Origin: Fidelibacterota bacterium
GTDB lineage: Bacteria > Fidelibacterota > UBA2242
Direction of reading: 5' to 3'
Assembly (NCBI GenBank): GCA_011046365.1
Contig: DSAS01000024.1
Coordinates: forward strand, 1 to 55,788
Length of the DNA: 55,788 nucleotides
Position numbers and translations under genes: made by a program. Position 1 is the first letter of the stretch. Each line of letters begins with the position of its first letter. Shown in pieces: positions 1-9,577 of the stretch. Below the pieces are notes generated by a model that was given only the letters and a program-made list of their open reading frames with translations, ran no database searches and was not told the origin of the DNA.

Positions 1-288
1 ACGCCCTCGGAGATGGAATAAGGGCTGTCTTTGCGCGTAGCCCCTGTTCTATTACTAAGTTGATTAAAAATACTCAAAATTCTAAACAACTTGCTTTCTT
101 CTAAAATTTTGGGGGAAGTCCTGAAATCATAGGTTTGCACCATTCATTTTCTTTAAATACCATAATCGGAAAAGGTTTCGGATTTGCTCCACGGCGGGAA
201 CATTTTGTCACCATTAAGATTGAAAATTATCGAATTCTTGTTTGTCGTATTGCGAATCCGCCTTTTCACAATTAAATTTCTTAAACTG

Positions 289-3200
289 ATGAAACATCAA
301 ATCAAAGTAAAATATATCATCCTGTTCTGCCTGCCTCTTTTCCTGCTTACCTATCTGGATGCCTACCAGACGGAAATACTGTCCGAAACAGAGAACGGAT
401 TGCACTTGCGGGTAGCGGATATTTCTCAAGTCGAATGGCGAAATGCGGACGATTATCCCGATTCGGCATCAATGTTCTGTTTGGGACTGGCAGATGCTGT
501 CCCGATTAGTTCACAGTTAGCGATACCCTATTGGTCCTTTTCTCTCTCGCTACCGACGCCGGATCAGCCTCAGGTCCGGATCTCCAACGTAACAACAGAA
601 ATCGTGGCGCTTGAAAAGCCCCTCACCGTTGAGGATATCGAACGGATCAACAGCCGACCTGTTTGGGAGGTTTTAGAGATCGGCTACCTCCGTTTTAATC
701 CTGTGGGCGAGCTAATTATTTACCCGCTGAAAGCCTTGGATTCGCAACATTTACAAGTAATCCGGTCACTTGAAATCTCGGTAACCTATGCGCGCCGGGC
801 GGCTCCTGATAATGAGAGAACTGTACCGGCGAATAATTCGCTGAGATCAGCTTTCCTTAATCGAAAGTATATTCAAAAATGGCAGCGATATCCTTCCCGA
901 CAATTGGCGAAAACCGTGGCTTATCCAACCGGAACCTGGTTTCGGATCACTGTAAAAAAAGATGGTATCTATTCAATCAGCTATCAGGATTTAGTCGCAG
1001 CCGGGCTGACAAATCAGACCATTGACACGGATCAGATATTCCTATATTCAAACGTCACCGGCGGGCGTGAAATCAGCGCCACCCCCGGTATTGCTCTACT
1101 TGATAACCTGATGGAAAACAGTCGTAAAATCAGGGGCGGTGATGACGGCTCATTCGACCAGGATGACGCCATTATCTTTTACGGACGTGCTACGAGCGGC
1201 GTGGATGCCGGTCCCAACGGCGCACTCCAATTTCACCGCAATGCCTATTCCAACGTGAATTACTACTGGCTGTTGATTGCCGCTGATCCCGGTCAACCGA
1301 AAATCATGCAGCTCTTTTCCGGCTCCTCGGCAAGTCCCGACACAGCGGTGTCAAAATATGAAAAAATTGACCGGCACGAACTGGAACTGACCAATTTTTT
1401 ACGCTCGGGAAAGGACTGGTACGGCGAAAAATTCGCCAGTTCCGGAGCCAATCTTTCTATCGCTTTCCAAATCCCCGCCAAAACTGCTGAAGACCCACCT
1501 TCGTTTCAATATCCGGCAACCTTAAGCCTGAAAACCCGCGGAACCACCAACTCAACTGCGCATTCCTACAGGCTGTATTTAATCAATACAGCTACACCTT
1601 CAACTCTGATCGGCTCCTGGACCACCAATCACTGGTTTGTCTCCTCGAAAAGTTATGCAATCAATCTCAAGCCTGGCGAATCCAATATCATCAAGATCAA
1701 TTACTCCGCCAGTATTGCATCCGGATCGGCGCACCTCGATTTTATACAAATCCGCTACGAAGCGCCGCTGAAACCAAGGGGCAACGAACTGGATTTTTGG
1801 GGTCCGGCAAAATCCGGAGTTGTGGAGTATCAGCTCAGTGATATCGGCTTTAGCGAGGCAATCCTGTATGATATCACTGACTGGAAAAACGTCAGATACC
1901 TTGACATTAATCCGGTAAGTAACGACCATTTCACGTTCAGGTCCCAAAATTTACTCAGAAATCGCTCGCACTACCTGCTGACCAACAGCTCCAAATATTT
2001 ATCGCCCGAAAAGATTGTCGCCATTGAGCAGCCGCAGTGGAATTCCCTGCGGCGCCCGGATATTGCCGCTCAGTATGTCATTATCACCGACGAAGCATTC
2101 AAAGACGCCGCTCAGGAGCTGGCAAATCTCCATTCAGAAGAGGTCAAAAGCAGTGACCGGCTCAGTTCTCTTGTCGTTCTGCAGAGTCAAATCCTGCGGG
2201 AATTCAACGCCGATATCGTTGATCCTCACGCTATTCGCCAATTTTTCACCTATGCTCTCAACAACTGGGCGGTTCCACCGGAGTATGTTCTGCTATTTGG
2301 AGATGGTACCTTTGATTACCGTCATATTGAATCAAAAACCGGCAATCACGTCATGACCTACCAGGTGGAAGGGAGTAGTGGAAATTCCGGCTTTCATTCT
2401 TATGCATCCGATATGCGTTTTGCCTATGCTGTCGGGCCGGATCGTAAGATGGATGTAGCCATCGGTCGCATCAATATCCGGACACCGGCTGAAGCCAGCG
2501 CGGTCGTGGAAAAAATCCGCTCCTATATCCTGGAACCGGTTTACGGGGACTGGCGCAGTACCATCACCCTGGTAGCAGACGATCCCGTACGTCCCAACAC
2601 CAACGAACAGGAGCATATTACCGACACCGAAAACAAAATTGCCAACTATCTGCCGATGTCTATTGATATTAAAAAGCTGTATCTCCTGGAATACCCGGAG
2701 ATCCAGGACGCCACGACTTACGGTGTCAAAAAACCGGACGCCACCGTGGATATTTTGAAACAACTGGAAGACGGCACTACAATCATAAACTATTTCGGAC
2801 ACGGTAGTCCGACTGTCTGGGCTCAGGAGTATGTACTGGAAATGAACCGCGATCTGGGACGGATCAATACAGGAATGAAACTCCCTTTCTGGATCGCCGG
2901 TACCTGCAGCTGGGGACAGTTCGACGATATTTCAGGCAGTTGTTTCCCGGAAGCGCTGGTGATTGAACCCGACGATGGCGGAATTGCCGCTCTGGCTGCC
3001 AGCCGGGCGACTTACCCGGGTCCCAATGCTTCTTTTGTGAACCGTTGGATCACAACCTTATTCAACGATAAATCCGCCAATCGTCTCCGAATCGGAAAAG
3101 TGCTTCAGATTATCTCCAGCTTAGCCGGCGGCTTGAATGAAAACAACGAAAAGTATATCCTCTTCGGTGATCCGGCTCTTTATCTCGCCCTGCCCTACTA

Positions 3201-4239
3201 CGATCTCGAATTCAGTCCCCTGTCAAAAGATACGGTAAAAGCCCTATCCAGCGTCGTCGTTACTGCCGGAGTAGACGACCGTCTGTCAGACTATTCGGGT
3301 ACCGGAATCCTGAAATTGTACGACAGCAGCCGCCGGGTAACCCGCTTCTATCTAGACGGCAATCGCAAAGAACAATCGCTTTCCTACACCCTGCCGGGTG
3401 AAATTCTCTTCACAGGTCTGGTAAATATAAGCAACGGTCAATTGTTATCGAAATTTTATATCCCCAAAGATTTGAACTATGCCGGACTCACCGGTAAAAT
3501 CACGGCGATCGGCTGGAATGAAGAAACCGGAGAGACAGCAGCCGGTTATTATGCGCCGATATACTATTTCGGCTCCGCAGCGGTTTTCGATACCACCGGA
3601 CCGGAAATCGCAATCGGCTTCTTTGACCTTGATTTCAGAAATGGTGATGTGGTGACTCCTGTAAATCAGCTGGAAATCGTCATCCGCGATCCCATCGGAA
3701 TAAACATTGCCGGCAAGCTGGGACATAATATCACCCTTATATTCAATAATGATAAAAACCAATCCCACATCATTACTGATTATTTCACATATGACACGGA
3801 TAGTGACTCCTCCGGTTCCGTCATTTATCCGCTCCCCAATCTCCCTGAAGGTGAAAACAGCGTGGTTGTCACCGCCTGGGATAATAACAACAACCCCGCA
3901 ACTGCCTCGGCGAATTTCACACTCCTCCCCTCGTCTGATTTTGCCTTGGAAAGAGTCGTAAATTTTCCCAATCCCTTCACCGGTGCAACTGATATCACCT
4001 TTCAGCTGACCCACTCAGCCACCATCAGCTGCACCATCTACACTGTCAGGGGTCTCAAAATCCGGACACTTGATTCAGACCAGGTGTATCTGCCCGGTTT
4101 CAATATGCTCCACTGGGACGGAACAGATGATTTCGGCGATACCGTTGCAAAAGGCATATATATCTACAAAATCAAAGCTAAATCCAACCTCTCAAATACC
4201 AGAAATGACTATATCGGTAAAATGGTGAAAGCCGGATAA
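289..4239 (+). CDS. porU: Type IX secretion sortase PorU-like protein (peptidase C25, gingipain family) with C-terminal FlgD-Ig/T9SS-type domain
   Basis: C25 motifs YVLLFGDG, VAIGRI, NYFGHGS (His), IAGTCSWGQFD (Cys) and LFGDPA. N-terminal W-x-R-I-x-V-x-K-D-G-I-Y segment as in PorU. C-terminal NFPNPF...WDGTDDFG...GIYIYK. Start moved from TTG 184 to ATG 289 (MKHQIK), which precedes a signal-like hydrophobic stretch. Confidence 0.88.
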   Translation: MKHQIKVKYIILFCLPLFLLTYLDAYQTEILSETENGLHLRVADISQVEWRNADDYPDSASMFCLGLADAVPISSQLAIPYWSFSLSLPTPDQPQVRISNVTTEIVALEKPLTVEDIERINSRPVWEVLEIGYLRFNPVGELIIYPLKALDSQHLQVIRSLEISVTYARRAAPDNERTVPANNSLRSAFLNRKYIQKWQRYPSRQLAKTVAYPTGTWFRITVKKDGIYSISYQDLVAAGLTNQTIDTDQIFLYSNVTGGREISATPGIALLDNLMENSRKIRGGDDGSFDQDDAIIFYGRATSGVDAGPNGALQFHRNAYSNVNYYWLLIAADPGQPKIMQLFSGSSASPDTAVSKYEKIDRHELELTNFLRSGKDWYGEKFASSGANLSIAFQIPAKTAEDPPSFQYPATLSLKTRGTTNSTAHSYRLYLINTATPSTLIGSWTTNHWFVSSKSYAINLKPGESNIIKINYSASIASGSAHLDFIQIRYEAPLKPRGNELDFWGPAKSGVVEYQLSDIGFSEAILYDITDWKNVRYLDINPVSNDHFTFRSQNLLRNRSHYLLTNSSKYLSPEKIVAIEQPQWNSLRRPDIAAQYVIITDEAFKDAAQELANLHSEEVKSSDRLSSLVVLQSQILREFNADIVDPHAIRQFFTYALNNWAVPPEYVLLFGDGTFDYRHIESKTGNHVMTYQVEGSSGNSGFHSYASDMRFAYAVGPDRKMDVAIGRINIRTPAEASAVVEKIRSYILEPVYGDWRSTITLVADDPVRPNTNEQEHITDTENKIANYLPMSIDIKKLYLLEYPEIQDATTYGVKKPDATVDILKQLEDGTTIINYFGHGSPTVWAQEYVLEMNRDLGRINTGMKLPFWIAGTCSWGQFDDISGSCFPEALVIEPDDGGIAALAASRATYPGPNASFVNRWITTLFNDKSANRLRIGKVLQIISSLAGGLNENNEKYILFGDPALYLALPYYDLEFSPLSKDTVKALSSVVVTAGVDDRLSDYSGTGILKLYDSSRRVTRFYLDGNRKEQSLSYTLPGEILFTGLVNISNGQLLSKFYIPKDLNYAGLTGKITAIGWNEETGETAAGYYAPIYYFGSAAVFDTTGPEIAIGFFDLDFRNGDVVTPVNQLEIVIRDPIGINIAGKLGHNITLIFNNDKNQSHIITDYFTYDTDSDSSGSVIYPLPNLPEGENSVVVTAWDNNNNPATASANFTLLPSSDFALERVVNFPNPFTGATDITFQLTHSATISCTIYTVRGLKIRTLDSDQVYLPGFNMLHWDGTDDFGDTVAKGIYIYKIKAKSNLSNTRNDYIGKMVKAG

Positions 4240-4838
4240 TGGACTCACTAATTAACTGGCATAATAAACCGGTCATCCTCGCTTCGGCATCTCCCCGTCG
4301 AAAACGGATTCTGGCACTGGCGGGAATTGACTTTTCGGTTCACCCATCCGACTATCACGAACCGGAAGACGAAACGGTATGTCCCGCATTGCTGGTTCAA
4401 AACCATGCCAGACAAAAAGCCCTGGATGTTTCAAAACACTATCGCGATGCCTGGATCATCGGGGCAGATACCATCGTCGTCAAAGACGGGCTGATTCTGG
4501 GAAAACCGGCAGACCGCACCCGGGCTGTTGAAATGCTCAATCTGCTCAGCGGTGCGACGCACCAGGTCTATACCGGTTACTGTATTCTGAATTCTCGGAA
4601 CGGAAAACTACTCACCGATGCAGAAAAAACCGACGTTACATTTTTCCCATTAAGTCCACCGATGATTAATATTTATGCGAACCGTTATCCGCCTTTCGAC
4701 AAAGCCGGCGCTTACGGGATTCAGGATTTCAGCGCCGTATTTGTAAAAGACATCGTTGGCTGTTTCTATAATGTCGTGGGCTTTCCAATCGCCCGGTTTT
4801 TCCAGACATGTCTGAATGAATTAAATTCACTGCTATAA
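4239..4838 (+). CDS. maf: Maf family nucleoside triphosphate pyrophosphatase (YhdE-type)
   Basis: ILASASPRR, GADTIV, GKP and DKAGAYGIQ motifs. TAATG overlap with the porU stop. Confidence 0.95.
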   Translation: MDSLINWHNKPVILASASPRRKRILALAGIDFSVHPSDYHEPEDETVCPALLVQNHARQKALDVSKHYRDAWIIGADTIVVKDGLILGKPADRTRAVEMLNLLSGATHQVYTGYCILNSRNGKLLTDAEKTDVTFFPLSPPMINIYANRYPPFDKAGAYGIQDFSAVFVKDIVGCFYNVVGFPIARFFQTCLNELNSLL

Positions 4839-4911
4839 ACTTTATATTGAATTTAATAACTTTATTTATAATATTTAGTCCGTTGTGGGTCAATAAAAAA
4901 CGGATGTTAAT

Positions 4912-5703
4912 ATGTTTTATGAGGAACTGAAAAAACTCCGGGAATCCAAGGGCATCTCGCTTGAACAGATTTCCAGCAAAATAAAAGTAAACAAATCAAT
5001 CCTGGACGCCTTTGAAAAAGGTGATTTTTCTAGATTGCCCGAGACATATATCCGTCTGTTTTTAAAGACCTATGCTTCCGAACTGGGCGCCGATCCGGTT
5101 TCGGTTCTAAAAGAATACGAGGCATATACCGGTAAAAATGTCCCCAAAAAGGTTCAGGAAACCGAAAAAGAAGAATCAAATTTCCTGACAGCCAAAGATA
5201 CACCGGTGACAAATGGCAATAAACGGCGCAATATCGCCGCCATTACTATCATCTTGGTCATTCTTATCTTTGTTATTTCGGTTCTCAAACAGGTGCTCAT
5301 GGAAGAGGAGAAAAACAAACCATCTCCCGTCAGTACCGTGACGGATAAAATTCCACCACCAGTTGATCTGGTTGATACTACAAACGTCGAACCGGAGACA
5401 AACATTGAGGAGATAGCACAGGAACCCGAATCCCAGCTGCTCTCTTTAGTCCTGATGACGAAAGACACCTGCTGGGTGCGAGTCATCACCGATGAAATTG
5501 ATACCACCGAAGCCAACTATCTCCCTAACATCCGCCGTGAATGGAAAGCCGAACGGCAGTTTGATGTGCGGGTCGGACGACCGTCAAAAGTCGAACTGTC
5601 CCTGAATAACCAACCGCTGGGCTCCATCGGTAAGACCGGCATACCGACCCGCTTGATTATTACCAAGGACGGAATCGTGCGGTCAATCCTGCTGCGCCGC
5701 TAA
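4912..5703 (+). CDS. rodZ: RodZ-like protein (N-terminal HTH, one TM helix, DUF4115-like C-terminal domain)
   Basis: LKKLRESKGISLEQIS...LPETYIRLFLKTYA HTH. TM segment IAAITIILVILIFVISVL. C-terminal TCWVRV...VELSLNNQPL. Confidence 0.85.
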   Translation: MFYEELKKLRESKGISLEQISSKIKVNKSILDAFEKGDFSRLPETYIRLFLKTYASELGADPVSVLKEYEAYTGKNVPKKVQETEKEESNFLTAKDTPVTNGNKRRNIAAITIILVILIFVISVLKQVLMEEEKNKPSPVSTVTDKIPPPVDLVDTTNVEPETNIEEIAQEPESQLLSLVLMTKDTCWVRVITDEIDTTEANYLPNIRREWKAERQFDVRVGRPSKVELSLNNQPLGSIGKTGIPTRLIITKDGIVRSILLRR

Positions 5704-5751
5704 TTTTTCCCCTATAAAATCTCATTACGTCAGGTAAATGTAAAAATTTAC

Positions 5752-5780
5752 TTGACAATAACTCTATTTTATCCTATAAT
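5752..5780 (+). promoter_or_regulatory. Consensus sigma70 promoter of the dcw operon
   Basis: TTGACA (5752-5757), 17-bp spacer, TATAAT (5775-5780), directly upstream of mraZ. Confidence 0.88.
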
Positions 5781-5820
5781 TGTGGGTAGATGTGGGGAGA
5801 AATCCCAAAAATTCCCAAAG
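5781..5820. promoter_or_regulatory. Putative MraZ operator (TGGG boxes at 10-bp period)
   Basis: TGTGGGTAGA TGTGGGGAGA AATCCCAAAA ATTCCCAAAG lies over the predicted transcription start. MraZ is known to bind (G)TGGG-type repeats upstream of its own gene. Confidence 0.75.
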
Positions 5821-5830
5821 TTTTTCGGAG

Positions 5831-6286
5831 ATGATGATTACTACTTTTGCCGGCGAATCAAGACATTTTTTAGATGAAAAAAATCGTCTGAGTATTCCGG
5901 CAAAGTATCGCCGCTGGAGTGACGGTGCCGAGCCCGAATGTGCCTTCTTCATCACAAAAGGCTCCGATCCCTGTCTGGTGGCTTATCCGGAACCCGAGTG
6001 GGAGAATTTCACGGAAAAACTGCAAAAATTATCCCAGTTCAAAAAGAAAAACCGGGCGTTCATCCGAACCTTCTCGCGTAATTCCATCCGACTGAAATGT
6101 GATAAGCAGGGCCGTGTTCTCATCCCCCAGGAGCATCTGGATTTTGCCAACATCGAGAAGGAAGTCGTCATTATTGGCGTTCTGAATTACCTGGAATTAT
6201 GGGATCCGGAGACATTGGCTAAACACCAAGAATCCCAAATCCCACTGGATGATGATTATTATGAAGATTTAGCCGATATCTTATAA
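5831..6286 (+). CDS. mraZ: Division/cell wall cluster transcriptional repressor MraZ
   Basis: Two SpoVT-AbrB repeats (LDEKNRLSIP, CDKQGRVLIP) and ELWD. The start is ATG 5831 or 5834 after GGAG; the TTG at 5780 lies in the promoter. Confidence 0.96.
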   Translation: MMITTFAGESRHFLDEKNRLSIPAKYRRWSDGAEPECAFFITKGSDPCLVAYPEPEWENFTEKLQKLSQFKKKNRAFIRTFSRNSIRLKCDKQGRVLIPQEHLDFANIEKEVVIIGVLNYLELWDPETLAKHQESQIPLDDDYYEDLADIL

Positions 6287-6308
6287 TCGTTTAAGCGGAT
6301 TTAGGTCA

Positions 6309-7235
6309 ATGACCACCATTCATGAGCCAGTTTTACCCAAAGAAACTATACAGTATCTGGTCACAAAATCAGACGGGATTTATCTGGATGCGACGCTCGG
6401 TACCGGTGGTCATTTCAAAGAGCTCTCCGCTCATCTGAGTCAAAACGCTTTCCTGATTGGGATTGACGCCGACCCCACCGCGGTACAGTACTGCACCCAC
6501 CATCTGGACATTCCCCAAAAACATCTATTCATAAACTCGAACTTCGCCCAGCTCAAGAAAATCTGTTTTCGCAATGGTAACCTTAAAGTTGACGGAATTC
6601 TCATGGATCTGGGGCTGTCGTCCTACGGACTTGATGACCCCGAGCGGGGTTTCTCCTATGCGTGCGACGGACCGCTGGACATGCGCTTTTCCCCCACTCT
6701 TAAACAAACTGCTGCCGATATTATCAATCGGGCAGAATTGTCTGAACTAACCCGGATTTTTCAGGAATACGGAGAAGAACGCCATGCAAAAGCAATCGCC
6801 CGGTTGATTGTAAAGGAGCGCGAAAAATCAGCTATTCAAACCACCAGGCAGCTGGCTGCGCTGGTAAAACAGAAAGCGGCACCCCAATTCGCCAATAAAA
6901 CCCTAAGTAGAATATTTCAGGCATTACGAATTGCCGTTAATCAGGAGCTGGGGGCTCTGGAACAGGCTCTGAAGGATGCCCGCGACGTCATGAATCCCGG
7001 CGGACGACTGGTCGTCATTGCCTACCATAGTCTGGAAGACCGGATTGTAAAACAGCTTTTTAAAACGGAATCTACCGACTGTATCTGTCCGAAAGAGTTT
7101 CCAGTTTGCCGGTGCCATCATCGTGCCGCTTTTAAAATCCTGACGCCGAAACCAATTCTCCCCACCAAAGAGGAAATCAGCAATAATCCGCGCGCCCGCA
7201 GCGCCAAACTGCGGGTAGCTGAAAGACTGGATTAA
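6309..7235 (+). CDS. rsmH: 16S rRNA m4C1402 methyltransferase RsmH (MraW)
   Basis: HEPVL, DATLGTGGH, MDLGLSS, GPLDMR, HSLEDRIVK, NPRARSAKLR; position after mraZ. Confidence 0.97.
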   Translation: MTTIHEPVLPKETIQYLVTKSDGIYLDATLGTGGHFKELSAHLSQNAFLIGIDADPTAVQYCTHHLDIPQKHLFINSNFAQLKKICFRNGNLKVDGILMDLGLSSYGLDDPERGFSYACDGPLDMRFSPTLKQTAADIINRAELSELTRIFQEYGEERHAKAIARLIVKEREKSAIQTTRQLAALVKQKAAPQFANKTLSRIFQALRIAVNQELGALEQALKDARDVMNPGGRLVVIAYHSLEDRIVKQLFKTESTDCICPKEFPVCRCHHRAAFKILTPKPILPTKEEISNNPRARSAKLRVAERLD

Positions 7236-7248
7236 ACTGGATGAAGCT

Positions 7249-7557
7249 ATGAAAAAGAAAAAAATCAGTAAAAGCCGTCGAAAGAATCTCATCATGTCGG
7301 GATTGTTCTTTTTTCTGATTGGTTTTATGGTTTTTTACGTATGGATTTTTAACTATACCAATCAGCTATATAAAGAGATTGATGTGCTAAAACGGGAAGA
7401 AGCCAATCTGGTGACTCAGAATCGGCTATCTTCGGTGGAAATTGATCGTCTGGCGCGAGCGGATCGTATCAAACAGATCGCTATTCAGGAACTGAATATG
7501 TGGACACCACCTCCTGAAACGCTGGCAGTTGTGGTAGCGGAGTTAAAAACAGAATAG
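7249..7557 (+). CDS. ftsL: Cell division protein FtsL
   Basis: Basic N-terminus, one TM helix, coiled coil and RIKQIAIQELNM; lies between rsmH and ftsI. Confidence 0.85.
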   Translation: MKKKKISKSRRKNLIMSGLFFFLIGFMVFYVWIFNYTNQLYKEIDVLKREEANLVTQNRLSSVEIDRLARADRIKQIAIQELNMWTPPPETLAVVVAELKTE

Positions 7558-7561
7558 AAAA

Positions 7562-9577
7562 ATGTCGGTTGTTTACTATCATATAAAGAGACGCACTGTC
7601 CTGATATCCGCCGTTCTAATCCTCTTTTGGGGCTTCGTTGCAGCGCGCCTCCTTTTCATTCAGGTGGTCAACACCGCTAAGTATCAGGCGTTATGCCGCA
7701 AACAGGCGGATTATCGTAGAACCATTCCCCCTATCCGGGGTTCTATTTTCGATCGTAACCACAAAGCCTTAACCGTTGACATCGTTCAGTACAATGTTGC
7801 CGTGCATCCCTACCTGATCAAAGAAAAGGAGCAGATAGCCAGGGAGTTGAGCAGCCTTTTACGTCCCAATTATTCAAAATATCTGCGCACTATGCAATCG
7901 GATCAGACGTTTGTCTGGCTTGAGCGCAACCTTCCGCACAAGGAAATCCAGGATTTCCTGGATAAATATCAGTATCACAGCGGCTTCGTCATTGAAAGGC
8001 GCATCCGCCGGAATTACCCATTCGGTGAAATTACGGGGCAATTGATCGGCTTTACCGACGTGGATAATCACGGCATTGTGGGACTCGAAAAGGAATTCGA
8101 ACCTTATCTTTCCGGAACACCCGGCTGGCAGGTGACCCTGAAAGATGGCTGGGGACGACTCAATAACCGTCCTGACCTGCCTTATCAGGAGACAATTGAC
8201 GGCAATGATATTGTATTGACCATTGACCATGAATACCAGGCGATCCTTTATGAAGAGTTGATGCTCGCGTATCAAAAACATAATGCGGATAAAGCCATGG
8301 GGATTATCATTGATCCGCAAAACGGTGAAATCCTGGCAATGGTCTCGATTCCCGGCTTTGACCCAAACAATCCGATGAAATATCCGGTATCCTATCAGAT
8401 CAATCGGGTGGTCACCGATATTTTCGAACCAGGCTCTACCTTTAAAATTGTCACGGCGACTGCCGCATTTGATCAAAACAGCATTCAACCTCAGGATACG
8501 ATTGATTGTGAAAAGGGACATATCGCTATCGGCAGACATGTGATCCATGATCATAAGAAATACGACCGCCTGTCATTTGCTGAGGTAATTAAGAAAAGCA
8601 GTAATATCGGCACGATCAAAGTTGCCCAGAAAATCGGAAAAGATGACGTTTTCAATTATACCAGACGCTACGGTTTCGGTGTTAAAACCGATATCCAGTT
8701 TCCGGGCGAAGAACAGGGCATTATTCATCCCCTGAAACAGTGGGATGATCTGGCACTGGCACAAGTTGCCATTGGTCATGGTGTCTGTGTTACGGCGCTT
8801 CAGTTAGCCTACGCCTACTCCGCCATCGCCAACGGCGGTTATCTGTTAAAACCGCAGCTGGTTAAATCCATCAAGACCAAGGATGGAATCGTCCTGCACC
8901 AAGGTAAGCCTCAGTATATTCGCCGGGTGGCTTCACCTGAGACCATGCAACTGATGCGCGACCTGCTGCGACTAACGGTCCAGAGCGGTACCGGTATTAA
9001 AGCCGACATCAACGGGATGACCATTGCCGGTAAAACCGGGACCGCCCAAAAAGTCATTGATACGGGCTACAGCCAGACCGACTATGTGGCTACCTTTGTG
9101 GGATTTTTTCCGGCGCATAATCCCCGGCTGCTCAGCGTTATCGTTGTTGACAATCCAAAGGGAATCGAACATACCGGCGGCAATGTTTCGGCGCCGGTAC
9201 TGCGGGAAATATTTAACCGCATTGTCAACCTTTCTGACGATCTTTTCCTTCCGCAAGAATATCTGGAAACTCCCGATATCAGAATTGCCGAAGCCATCAA
9301 CCTGAAACCGCGTCCGGATGTCCTTACGGCGGCTGCTCAAAAGCCACGTTCATCGAGGCAATTGCAGCTGTCCACATACCAATACGCCCGCCAGATGCCG
9401 GACCTTAGCGGAAAAACTTTACGACAGGCGATTGCGATTCTGCAGTCGCTCGGCTTAGATCCGGAAATCAACGGCAACGGCGTGGTGGTATCGCAATATC
9501 CACCCAAGAATGCCGTTATCACTGCCAATACCCGCTGCCGGATCGAATTGAAACCAAGCGAGTTCGGATTTGAATAG
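7562..9577 (+). CDS. ftsI: Class B penicillin-binding protein FtsI with C-terminal PASTA domain
   Basis: RGSIFDRN, EPGSTFK (SxxK), SSN, KTGT and PASTA-like MPDLSGKTLRQAIAIL. Confidence 0.95.
   Translation: MSVVYYHIKRRTVLISAVLILFWGFVAARLLFIQVVNTAKYQALCRKQADYRRTIPPIRGSIFDRNHKALTVDIVQYNVAVHPYLIKEKEQIARELSSLLRPNYSKYLRTMQSDQTFVWLERNLPHKEIQDFLDKYQYHSGFVIERRIRRNYPFGEITGQLIGFTDVDNHGIVGLEKEFEPYLSGTPGWQVTLKDGWGRLNNRPDLPYQETIDGNDIVLTIDHEYQAILYEELMLAYQKHNADKAMGIIIDPQNGEILAMVSIPGFDPNNPMKYPVSYQINRVVTDIFEPGSTFKIVTATAAFDQNSIQPQDTIDCEKGHIAIGRHVIHDHKKYDRLSFAEVIKKSSNIGTIKVAQKIGKDDVFNYTRRYGFGVKTDIQFPGEEQGIIHPLKQWDDLALAQVAIGHGVCVTALQLAYAYSAIANGGYLLKPQLVKSIKTKDGIVLHQGKPQYIRRVASPETMQLMRDLLRLTVQSGTGIKADINGMTIAGKTGTAQKVIDTGYSQTDYVATFVGFFPAHNPRLLSVIVVDNPKGIEHTGGNVSAPVLREIFNRIVNLSDDLFLPQEYLETPDIRIAEAINLKPRPDVLTAAAQKPRSSRQLQLSTYQYARQMPDLSGKTLRQAIAILQSLGLDPEINGNGVVVSQYPPKNAVITANTRCRIELKPSEFGFE

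Noticed and set aside
15-50. Imperfect hairpin at the left edge (GGGCTG/TAGCCC)
   Set aside because: The context is truncated and it matches no riboswitch or terminator pattern I can support.
5780-5830. N-terminal extension of MraZ (MWVDVGRNPK...)
   Set aside because: It is the translation of the promoter and operator; the TTG overlaps the -10 box.
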